A stretch of DNA of 24,091 nt from a virus (lineage: Duplodnaviria > Caudoviricetes). Made by a program: the position numbers and the translations under genes. This document shows, in pieces, positions 8,949 through 16,486 of this stretch (position 1 is its first letter; every line of letters starts with the position of its first letter). The notes under the pieces are model-generated. The model saw only the letters and a list, made by a program, of their open reading frames with translations, was not told where the DNA came from and did no database searches. The DNA lies in the IMG/VR virus record IMGVR_UViG_3300025389_000119, positions 1-24,091 of that record, one strand, 5' to 3'.

Positions 8949-9428
8949 CTACTGAATCTGGATGATTGCTGTACTCGCAGCCGCAGTTGGGAACTGAACC
9001 GTAAACGTACCAGCCGTTGAAGAAATAATACCGCCAAACGACAGTACGCATACGCAACGGTTGCCCTGAGTACTATTATAAATCATAGCGCCTGACGACG
9101 AGATGGTTGCCGTAGACCACGACGTATTAGAAAAGCTCAACCATGCTGTTGTAGCAGGAGACGCACCCGATGATGGGGCGTTTGAAATGGTAAGCGTATT
9201 ACCACCAGCAGAGTATCCAGTGCCGGTCGTTTCGTCCGTATTACCGGTCATGTTGGAGTAGTTAGTAGTCGTAGCGTCGTACGTACCGGTCACAGTTCCC
9301 TTGAACAAAGCCATCTTAAACGTATCCGCAGCACTAGTACCACGAGTGGGCGCAGTGCCAAAGTTGTGGTAAGCATCCATCAACTCTACTTTAAAGCTTG
9401 TCGCCATCGCTTGTGTAATACCAGCCAT
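8949..9428 (-). CDS. Conserved virion structural protein
   Basis: 159 aa; ITQAM.TSFK.EL...HNF...DTFKMALF...TGTGYSAGG.TL...GAMIYN...VLSFGG...GTFTVQFP. Lies in the tail module. Confidence 0.75.
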   Translation of the reverse strand: MAGITQAMATSFKVELMDAYHNFGTAPTRGTSAADTFKMALFKGTVTGTYDATTTNYSNMTGNTDETTGTGYSAGGNTLTISNAPSSGASPATTAWLSFSNTSWSTATISSSGAMIYNSTQGNRCVCVLSFGGIISSTAGTFTVQFPTAAASTAIIQIQ

Positions 9429-9721
9429 TATAAACTCCTAACCGTATCTGAGATTTCGCCTAAGCCTTGCAAGTCAAGCTTGGCACAAATTGTGTTCCGT
9501 TCTTCTAGTTGCGCTTGGATAAAGGCATTGACCAATACCTGACGCATGTGTTCTTTAAAAGCCTTAGCCTGTTCAATGATTGCAGGGTGACTATTACGCC
9601 CCACGTAAATCAATCTATCGACCGTAAGATCAGCCATTTCTTCGGCATTAAGCCCACGATTATTCGTGGCAAAAACCTTTACTTCGCCAACAGCCGAACC
9701 GCTAGTAACTATCATATTCAT
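9428..9721 (-). CDS. Hypothetical protein
   Basis: 97 aa, coupled on both sides; V..T.NRG...EE.A.....II.VG...HP.I.EQA.AFK pattern. Confidence 0.75.
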   Translation of the reverse strand: MNMIVTSGSAVGEVKVFATNNRGLNAEEMADLTVDRLIYVGRNSHPAIIEQAKAFKEHMRQVLVNAFIQAQLEERNTICAKLDLQGLGEISDTVRSL

Positions 9722-10401
9722 GGGGGATCCACTCTAACTTGACCACTACGATACGCATCACGACGACCCTTGCCTTCAGCCAGACCTTTGAGCAACGCAA
9801 CACCTTCTTGGTACTTTTCTTCATAATGGCTTACCATGTCCGGCTCACCTTTCATATAAAGATAAGCTTCCCGCAAAGTGCCGTAAAGTAAACAGTTAGA
9901 AGCATAACTGCCAAGCCATGAAGACCCTGCTGTCACAATACTAGCTGGGTAATAGTAATAATGGAGTTCAGCGGTGTAACTTTGGTCAGGCGTTGGCCCA
10001 AGAATAAAACTAGTCGTATCAAAAATACCATAATGGGTGGGTGGCCCCCAGTAGGTAGACGGACTAGGATACGGGAACGATTGCCGCATAAACTCTACGT
10101 CTTTATTTAACAAGTAAGTCTGATAAGTATTACCTGAGCCATCTACTTGGTAGATTGATAGTGCAAATGTTGCGGTCCAGTCAGTAGGCACGGCCAGATA
10201 GGGGTTACCCGCAGTCATCGTTCCGGTGACACTTTTACGTAGCGAGGGGATTTGAACAGTATTGTAGATACGTTCTTCCGCGACTTGCACGAACGTAGGA
10301 ATATACGTTACGAAGGTAGTCTCCGTATTCTCAGTATAGTCCTGCACCATCTGCCAAAGGTTAGATGGTGAGTTGGTTCCTGCTGCGTAAGTAATCGCCA
10401 T
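9718..10401 (-). CDS. Head-tail adaptor / tail tubular protein A-like
   Basis: 227 aa; DYTEN.E..F...IPTFV..AEERI, LGPTPD..Y..ELHYYYYP.SI, LLYG.L.EAY.YMKGE. Helix/beta/helix layout typical of podovirus adaptors. Confidence 0.7.
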   Translation of the reverse strand: MAITYAAGTNSPSNLWQMVQDYTENTETTFVTYIPTFVQVAEERIYNTVQIPSLRKSVTGTMTAGNPYLAVPTDWTATFALSIYQVDGSGNTYQTYLLNKDVEFMRQSFPYPSPSTYWGPPTHYGIFDTTSFILGPTPDQSYTAELHYYYYPASIVTAGSSWLGSYASNCLLYGTLREAYLYMKGEPDMVSHYEEKYQEGVALLKGLAEGKGRRDAYRSGQVRVDPP

Positions 10402-10403
10402 AA

Positions 10404-10700
10404 TTAATACTTGTTATCAGTCTTGATTGGACTACGGATATCGTCGTCAATAAAGAACTTCTTACCGCGTTGAGTATTACGGCAACCACGAATTTCTTCC
10501 CGGTTCTTCTTACGACCATAACCCTGTACATACCGACCATAAGTCTTAGTACCCGTACGATCGATTTCGCCAGCATCTGAGTCAGACTCATAGCCAGAGC
10601 TTTTGTCATAACGAAGATTCTTTTTGGGCTGAGTATATTTACCAATAGGATCTTTTTCATCCCACCCGTAATATTCAAAATCCCGCCATTTGTTAGTCAT
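10404..10700 (-). CDS. Hypothetical charged protein
   Basis: 98 aa, K/R/D-rich, TAATG-coupled to the upstream small ORF. Confidence 0.65.
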   Translation of the reverse strand: MTNKWRDFEYYGWDEKDPIGKYTQPKKNLRYDKSSGYESDSDAGEIDRTGTKTYGRYVQGYGRKKNREEIRGCRNTQRGKKFFIDDDIRSPIKTDNKY

Positions 10701-10849
10701 TACCGACCCCTTCCACTAGTCTTATGGAGACCTTTAGGAGTCCCCTTTGCCTGATACATGGCACGAGCAAGATTACGCCCATGCTTCTTCATTGCTTCAC
10801 CGGTCACACCTTCAATCTTGTGCGGCCCTTTTTGTTCGTGCTTCTTCAT
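10700..10849 (-). CDS. Small basic protein (49 aa)
   Basis: Not in the ORF track: MKKHEQKGPHKIEGVTGEAMKKHGRNLARAMYQAKGTPKGLHKTSGRGR. Strong AGGAGA RBS upstream and TAATG overlap downstream. Confidence 0.8.
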   Translation of the reverse strand: MKKHEQKGPHKIEGVTGEAMKKHGRNLARAMYQAKGTPKGLHKTSGRGR

Positions 10850-10858
10850 CTAAATCTC

Positions 10859-11239
10859 CTAAGATACCAATACCGTAACTGTGCCTACAACGCCTTGTGC
10901 AATTAAATCGTTCTGCATTTCCAGATCAAACGGGTTATTTAACCCAACTGGATTCCATCCCCACTGCGTAACCCGACTACCACCATCGCCACCTACTGCA
11001 CCCGTAGGTGTGTAGTAACTAACGTCAGGACGAGGATTCCGCAACGCTTGTGGATCATTAACTGGGTATAGACCTAACTGCAATTGCGGCTGATCCGGTT
11101 CCCAACACTCAGAACAAACAAGGATATTGACGTTCTTAGTCTTAATGACTAATTGTTTCAACTCCTTCAGCTTATACCTAAATCCACAACGATCACATTC
11201 CGCAATCGCAAATTTACCAGATGCAAACTTACTCGGCAT
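10859..11239 (-). CDS. Zinc-ribbon-like conserved phage protein
   Basis: CDRC...CSEC (two CxxC motifs), followed by PDQPQLQLG..PV.DPQALRNPRPD. Confidence 0.8.
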   Translation of the reverse strand: MPSKFASGKFAIAECDRCGFRYKLKELKQLVIKTKNVNILVCSECWEPDQPQLQLGLYPVNDPQALRNPRPDVSYYTPTGAVGGDGGSRVTQWGWNPVGLNNPFDLEMQNDLIAQGVVGTVTVLVS

Positions 11240-11243
11240 GGGG

Positions 11244-11975
11244 TCACCTCAAGAATGTTTCTCGGGGTACAAACCTCACTGCTGCCTTCTCTCGGTCTTC
11301 ATCTGACGCATTTAGCCAATCCTCATCATACATTGCCTTCAACATTTGAGTGCGTTCAGCAGCATGAGGGATCTTCAAGGATAAGTAATAGGACAGCCCA
11401 GATATTAAAGCTGGCCACATACGAAATGGGACATCTTGCGAATTGATGCCAGTGCCAGCATCTTGCATACGACGTAGACGGTTATATACAAAAGTATATG
11501 TAGTTCCTGAATCTGGCGTAGGCCATACAGTAATTGTAGGAGCATAAGTAGTTGCACTACCACTCGAATCTACCTGACCACTTAACCGGTTAATCCAGAC
11601 TTGGATAGGGCGACCCGTAGCGTTCTTATTGGGTATGGAAAGATAAGTCGAGCTAGAAATTCGAGTAATGTTGATATCTTGCTGAGTAGTACCCGACCCT
11701 GTGCGGATTACATGATCTAAAAGATCGACCGTATCCACAGGCAAAATATACGTTGCCGTATTAGGGGTCAAAGTAATCGTCAACTGCTGATCAACCGTCC
11801 AGAGGTTAATACCTCGGTTAGCCCATTCCATCATCAATAGGTTAAGACTACGAGTTGCTGTACGCATATCGTAGCCAGAGCGAAGTTCCGCTCCACACCT
11901 TTCAAACGCTTCTTCTACGACTTCGTTAAGATCCGGAAGAAACGATGTAGTGCCGGATAATTGACCTAATGCCAT
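11244..11975 (-). CDS. Head-tail adaptor / head completion protein (P22 gp4-like)
   Basis: 243 aa; EEAFERCG...SGYD.RTA.RSLNL...EWANRG.NLW, VWPTPD, C-terminal helices LK..Y.E.W..A..EDRE. Confidence 0.7.
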   Translation of the reverse strand: MALGQLSGTTSFLPDLNEVVEEAFERCGAELRSGYDMRTATRSLNLLMMEWANRGINLWTVDQQLTITLTPNTATYILPVDTVDLLDHVIRTGSGTTQQDINITRISSSTYLSIPNKNATGRPIQVWINRLSGQVDSSGSATTYAPTITVWPTPDSGTTYTFVYNRLRRMQDAGTGINSQDVPFRMWPALISGLSYYLSLKIPHAAERTQMLKAMYDEDWLNASDEDREKAAVRFVPRETFLR

Positions 11976-12503
11976 TTAGCAATTCCAAGCCCTGAGACTT
12001 TTGTTAATTCGACTGTTCGGGTCATTTGCGGTCTTCTTACTAGTCAACTTACGTTTCATACCTTTCATACGGGCACAGAACGAATCCCTACGCGATCCAC
12101 CTTGCGGTTGTGGAGCCTTTAGATGCGCCCCATGTGCACGGTTATATGAAGCCCTGCCTTTAGCATTTAGACCGCCTTTTGGGTTCTTACCCTCTTTACG
12201 AGTCCAAGCTTCAGTACTACCGCCTTCAGCCATTTTTGCTACAGCAGCATTATCAACAAGATTCGGATAAGGTCTACCAGCGGCCTTAGCACGAGCTTTA
12301 GCTGCTGACTTTTTATCCGGGCTAAGATGTTTAGTCTTGTGACCTTTAGGAGCATCTTTCTCCCAAAATGGTTTGTCAACTTTGCCACCTTTAGCCATGC
12401 CACCAGCACAATAAAGTTTCACGGGGACGTTAGCATCTTTCCGCTGTATCTTACGCGGAATTTTGTTTGGACTAACTGCTCCCATACCCCGTGAAGGCAT
12501 CAT
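11976..12503 (-). CDS. Basic multi-module protein; C-terminal SFCARM module (possibly DUF6321-like)
   Basis: 175 aa, K/R-rich. Three apparent modules (MMPSRGMGAV...; W...AKARAKAAGRPYPNLVDN; AWTRKEGKNPKGGLNAKGRASY...RRDSFCARM...LRAWNC) are separated by xxGG motifs. The family label is from memory and unverified. Confidence 0.75.
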   Translation of the reverse strand: MMPSRGMGAVSPNKIPRKIQRKDANVPVKLYCAGGMAKGGKVDKPFWEKDAPKGHKTKHLSPDKKSAAKARAKAAGRPYPNLVDNAAVAKMAEGGSTEAWTRKEGKNPKGGLNAKGRASYNRAHGAHLKAPQPQGGSRRDSFCARMKGMKRKLTSKKTANDPNSRINKSLRAWNC

Positions 12504-12506
12504 GAC

Positions 12507-12683
12507 TTATTTGCCGTGGTAATAGTGCCGAATATGCTCGTGATGGGGCTTATGGCTGTCCACATGCCCACCATGCTTGTGATGATGAACGTGGGGAGTC
12601 ATATGCTCCGGATGGTGCTTAGGCTCGTGATGCTGCGGATGCTTGACGTGACCGCCGTGAGCATGATGTTTAGCGTGATGCAT
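12507..12683 (-). CDS. Histidine-rich peptide (58 aa, 24 His)
   Basis: Start moved to the ATG at 12683 because AAGGAG lies just upstream (the track's TTG start overlaps that RBS). Sequence: MHHAKHHAHGGHVKHPQHHEPKHHPEHMTPHVHHHKHGGHVDSHKPHHEHIRHYYHGK. Confidence 0.8.
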   Translation of the reverse strand: MHHAKHHAHGGHVKHPQHHEPKHHPEHMTPHVHHHKHGGHVDSHKPHHEHIRHYYHGK

Positions 12684-12705
12684 TTTAGTCTCCTTCAAAA
12701 ATTAA

Positions 12706-14472
12706 TTAACGAATCTTACACTTAGTATGGCCCTTACTAGCAGCGCCATCGCCGCGACGTGAGGGATGAGATCCAACGTGACCGCCGGAAGCCATTTTAA
12801 CCTGTTTACCCTTGGTATGACCACGTAAAGCACGTTCATCAATACCTTTACGAACGTCGCCGCCCGAAGCCATATGGCCCTTATGATGCTGCTTGATATG
12901 GCCGCCCTTAGCATAATGGTGGTGGTGATGGATCTGATGAGCATGGTGCGCGTGATGCGTAACATGGCCACCTTTCTTCATACCCGGCATACCGCTTGGT
13001 GGTGCGCTTGGTGGTGCGCCCGGAGGGCCAGCCATACCCGGAACTGGAGGAGCTGAAGGAGGCATACCACCTAACATCTGTGCTGCGGCCAATGCCTTAC
13101 CGATACCGGGCTTCCTGATACCGCCACCACGACGCATGGCAAAACCCTTCGTATGCGTCTCATCTTTACCAGCATGAGCCTTGCTCACATGGCGACCGGG
13201 CTTGCTCTTGCCACCCATACCAAACCCTTTAAGCTTCGTATCGCCCTCAGAACTATGCTTGCCATGTGGTGCTTTGCGACCACTAGCAGACTCTTTCATC
13301 TTATAGCCTACAGGCTTAGTTTCGTCTTTAGGCACTTTAACTGACTTCATTTTTGGCTGGATCTTTCCGCCACGCTTGTAGCCCATTTCCTCATGTTCTG
13401 CTTTCTCATGTTCCAGAATCTTCTTAGGCGCATGACCGCGCTTCAGGGCTTTCATCTCTTCTCTAGCAATGGCTTTCGTTTCCTTAGCCTTACCATGTAG
13501 TTCATTTGCGTGTTTCACATTACCACCTTTCGCATATCTAGAAATTTTACCACCGTGCTTATGGCCAAAATTAGTTGGCGCAGCAGACATACCAGCACTA
13601 GGCATGCCCATACCTAGACTACCGCCATAACCAGCGCCCATACCGAAATTAGACATACCAGCACTAGATGGCGCACCAAGATAATTGCCACCTAATGCCT
13701 GTTGTGGTTGACCATGTAGAATATTAGATGTCATACCGCCCATACCATAATCAGGCATACCTATTTGTGGTATCGTTGATAAATCCCTTGATGCACCGGA
13801 ATACGCTCGAGGAGGAACCATTCCTTGGCCTTGGCCATACTGTAGTTGACCCGAGAAAGCGGGTGGGCGGCGCTGTGGGGGTGACAATGGGCTAATGCCT
13901 CCAAAATAATCCCCCCTAGGCATGTTAGGCACGTTTGGAATTGGCGAATAGTTAACCGGTGACTGTCCAACAGGAGTCATCGCACCCATAGGTTGATATG
14001 GTGATTGATTCATCATTGCTGGTGGCGGTTGAAACTTAGCTGGCATTTGTGTCGGTTGTACGGCTGTCGGTTGTACGGCCATCCCGGGAGCTGAACCTAA
14101 CATACCACCATCGGCATACTTCATCTTGCGTTTCACGTGACCACCTTGCTTAAATTTTGGTTTTGGATGTGCGACATCTGCCCAATAGCCTTCAGACTGT
14201 GCTTCTCTCTCGCTATCAGTCATACCCTTGGGGGATTTAGGTTGGACTTTAGGCGTTTTAGGAGGCGTATATTTGTCGTCCGGCACTAAAGAACCATCGG
14301 TGCCGTCATAATGTTTACGTTTCATGTGACCACCTTCTCTAAATTTTTTGCCTTTATCGGCATCATGAAAATGTTTTCCAACAGATATAGGGACTCCAGC
14401 CTTTTTCGCGAAGGATGGATTGTGAGCAACTGCTTCCATGAAACGATGTTGCTTTGAAGATTTACTGGGCAT
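12706..14472 (-). CDS. Large disordered K/H/G/M/P-rich protein with 12 xxGG motifs, putative internal virion protein or polyprotein
   Basis: 588-aa open frame in the operon direction, low complexity, repeated [FYMH]xxGGx[VIM] motifs. Confidence 0.8.
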   Translation of the reverse strand: MPSKSSKQHRFMEAVAHNPSFAKKAGVPISVGKHFHDADKGKKFREGGHMKRKHYDGTDGSLVPDDKYTPPKTPKVQPKSPKGMTDSEREAQSEGYWADVAHPKPKFKQGGHVKRKMKYADGGMLGSAPGMAVQPTAVQPTQMPAKFQPPPAMMNQSPYQPMGAMTPVGQSPVNYSPIPNVPNMPRGDYFGGISPLSPPQRRPPAFSGQLQYGQGQGMVPPRAYSGASRDLSTIPQIGMPDYGMGGMTSNILHGQPQQALGGNYLGAPSSAGMSNFGMGAGYGGSLGMGMPSAGMSAAPTNFGHKHGGKISRYAKGGNVKHANELHGKAKETKAIAREEMKALKRGHAPKKILEHEKAEHEEMGYKRGGKIQPKMKSVKVPKDETKPVGYKMKESASGRKAPHGKHSSEGDTKLKGFGMGGKSKPGRHVSKAHAGKDETHTKGFAMRRGGGIRKPGIGKALAAAQMLGGMPPSAPPVPGMAGPPGAPPSAPPSGMPGMKKGGHVTHHAHHAHQIHHHHHYAKGGHIKQHHKGHMASGGDVRKGIDERALRGHTKGKQVKMASGGHVGSHPSRRGDGAASKGHTKCKIR

Positions 14473-14803
14473 TTTTGCGTCTCAACCATTCCTTTCGCCA
14501 ATTACAATTTTTACAGAGAAGTTGAAATTTAGTTTTGTCTAGACCATGTTTTGCAAAGTATCCAATAATGTTTCTTATTTTGAATTTACGTCGATGTTCT
14601 GCACCATCGTCAGCAATATGATCAAAATCTAAAACTACCGAATCCAATTCACCACAAGAAAAACATTTACCGCCCAACTCTTCTATAAACTTTCTCCTAT
14701 TTGCAAATCTTAAATTACTTGAATATTTACGTTCTTTATCTTTGTTTTGTTTGTAATGCTGTCTTCTCCATAAGCGCCGTGCTTCTGGATCTTTATACGG
14801 CAT
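14462..14803 (-). CDS. HNH endonuclease, probable free-standing homing endonuclease
   Basis: LGGKCFSCG...VLDFDHIADDG...FQLLCKNCNW gives CxxC, DH and LCxNC motifs. Basic N-terminus, visibly AT-richer than its neighbours, and overlaps both flanking genes by 11 nt. Confidence 0.85.
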   Translation of the reverse strand: MPYKDPEARRLWRRQHYKQNKDKERKYSSNLRFANRRKFIEELGGKCFSCGELDSVVLDFDHIADDGAEHRRKFKIRNIIGYFAKHGLDKTKFQLLCKNCNWRKEWLRRKNAQ

Positions 14804-14984
14804 TACTCGTTTTCCGCTTAACTATAAAATTCTGTACCGTGTTGGACTCCCATATACGGATTATATACCAAAGTATAGTAAATACGCTTGCCGCCGCAGG
14901 TAGCCACTTCATTAGAGATCCAAAAGCAAATATTGCAGAGATAACATCTATTACGTGTTTGAAGATGTCATGGTTGTCTTTCAT
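14793..14984 (-). CDS. Small membrane protein, holin-like
   Basis: 63 aa with two short hydrophobic segments (VISAIFAFGSLM; WLPAAASVFTILWYIIRIW) and a basic C-terminus. Confidence 0.7.
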   Translation of the reverse strand: MKDNHDIFKHVIDVISAIFAFGSLMKWLPAAASVFTILWYIIRIWESNTVQNFIVKRKTSNAV

Positions 14985-14999
14985 GGCAACGGCTACCTA

Positions 15000-15200
15000 T
15001 TATTTGGAAGTAGAGGGTGGAGTGATGAACTTGCCGTTCTGATATAGCAGACCATAGTTTGCAGTCGGTGGGTTAGTATCTAAAACTGCCGTTAAAGGGT
15101 TGCCATCAGCATCATTACCCGGAGTCCATTCGGTTACTCCGTCCCATAAACACATATTGACGACGATATTAAGGTTGTTAATAACAACATACCTATTCAT
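15000..15200 (-). CDS. Small protein partnered with the Gly-rich fibre gene
   Basis: 66 aa; Y.VI....VVN...WDG..EW.P...G..Y..G.F..P pattern. TGATG coupling to the Gly-rich gene. Confidence 0.75.
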   Translation of the reverse strand: MNRYVVINNLNIVVNMCLWDGVTEWTPGNDADGNPLTAVLDTNPPTANYGLLYQNGKFITPPSTSK

Positions 15201-16147
15201 CAGAAATACTCCACAACGTAAATAAAGCCGTTGCCGCCAGCGCCACCATTGCCACCGCTAACCGTGTTTGAAGCACCACCACCGCCACCGCCGCCTTGAA
15301 TTCCCGCACCACCCGCTTTAGTGCTTGAGCCGCCAGTACCGCCACCTGCACCGCCACCACCGGGCGAATAAGTTGTGACCGCAGTACCCGGATTACCTGC
15401 GCCTCTGTTTACACCAGTTGCATAAGTATTAGTTACGGCTAAAAAACCACCGCCAGCGCCACTACTGTTTCCGCTACTTGAGTTTCCTGCGCCGCCTCCT
15501 GTTGGAGCAAAAGCGTATTGATAGCCAACACCAGCTCCACCAGCACCATAAATACCCGGTGAGCCGGGGGTTCCACAAAACCCGATTGTGTTGGCGGTTC
15601 CATTAATGCCTGCGCTTCCGGTACTCACACCGTTTACACTGGTTATGCCATACGCAGTTGTATATGTTCCGGCGGTTCCACCAACTGCTCCGGCAGGAGT
15701 AGAGTTGCTTGGAATTCCACCTGCACCGCTTCCAGAATTGGTTGCGGCAGTTACTTGACCGCCGCCCCCGTTACCACCGCCAGTGGCATAAATAAATGTT
15801 CCAAAGTTCGAGTTACCGCCGGATGTTCCGTCGCCACCAGCAGTGTTAGATGAAGTAGCGCCAGTTCCACCTGTGCCGCCAACGCCAACCGTGCAAGTGA
15901 CAGAAGAACCTAAAGCAGAAACGGGGAACCATTCCTCAATGTATGCACCGCCACCACCGCCAGCGCCTCCAGAAGCGGCGGTAACATAATATGCACCGCC
16001 TCCACCGCCGCCACCGCCACTACATACAACCACTTTGACAAAAATAGCGCCCGCTGACGGGGTGTATGTTCCGCTTGAAGTGAACAGTATTTTGTTGGTC
16101 GGGGCCGTTGAACTACCGCCACTACCACCTATAAAACGAATAGCCAT
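15200..16147 (-). CDS. Glycine-rich virion fibre-like protein
   Basis: FTSSGTYTP..GA..VKV.V..GGGGGG start and GG.GG.GFIYVVEY end, typical of phage Gly-rich domains. Start set at MAIRF (ATG 16147, GAGGGG upstream). Confidence 0.8.
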   Translation of the reverse strand: MAIRFIGGSGGSSTAPTNKILFTSSGTYTPSAGAIFVKVVVCSGGGGGGGGAYYVTAASGGAGGGGGAYIEEWFPVSALGSSVTCTVGVGGTGGTGATSSNTAGGDGTSGGNSNFGTFIYATGGGNGGGGQVTAATNSGSGAGGIPSNSTPAGAVGGTAGTYTTAYGITSVNGVSTGSAGINGTANTIGFCGTPGSPGIYGAGGAGVGYQYAFAPTGGGAGNSSSGNSSGAGGGFLAVTNTYATGVNRGAGNPGTAVTTYSPGGGGAGGGTGGSSTKAGGAGIQGGGGGGGASNTVSGGNGGAGGNGFIYVVEYF

Positions 16148-16148
16148 G

Positions 16149-16472
16149 TTATGGCCCCTCACCCGGTGTCATATAAAGTGTGTTACCACTTGTACCGATT
16201 GCAGCAATGTAGGTTGTACCATAAGGCACAGTGAATACTTCAATGCTATTCCCCGCTAAAGGAACGCTAGTAGAAGTTGTTGCTGCTACCGCACTGCTCG
16301 TACCAAACTCAACAAAAGTGGTGTTAGTCCCACTATTGAAGAACCTGACTTGCATGTTAGGTACGGTTGTAAGCGGTGCAGAGAACACCGCTACGTTTGC
16401 CGATGACGCCGTGACCGCAATGTTGACTGTTACGCCAGCACTGCGGGGTTGGAACGCTGCTGTTATAGCCAT
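16149..16472 (-). CDS. Small beta-sandwich virion protein
   Basis: 107 aa; VR..N.G....FV.FG...A......PL.....EVFT...YIAAI...LY.TPGEG. GGGAG RBS. Confidence 0.75.
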   Translation of the reverse strand: MAITAAFQPRSAGVTVNIAVTASSANVAVFSAPLTTVPNMQVRFFNSGTNTTFVEFGTSSAVAATTSTSVPLAGNSIEVFTVPYGTTYIAAIGTSGNTLYMTPGEGP

Positions 16473-16486
16473 TTAGCTACTCCCGA

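Noticed and set aside
13510-14345. GG motifs explained as internal Shine-Dalgarno sites (AAGGTGGT-CAC-ATG/GTG, AAGGTGGT-AAT-GTG)
   Set aside because: This fits only about three copies, and with short spacing. Other copies use GGC GGC and are followed by non-start codons, so it cannot explain the motif generally, although an occasional internal start is not excluded.
15200-16147. GG dipeptides in the Gly-rich fibre as further copies of the diglycine motif
   Set aside because: These are poly-Gly structural runs lacking the aromatic/Met at -3 and the basic context.
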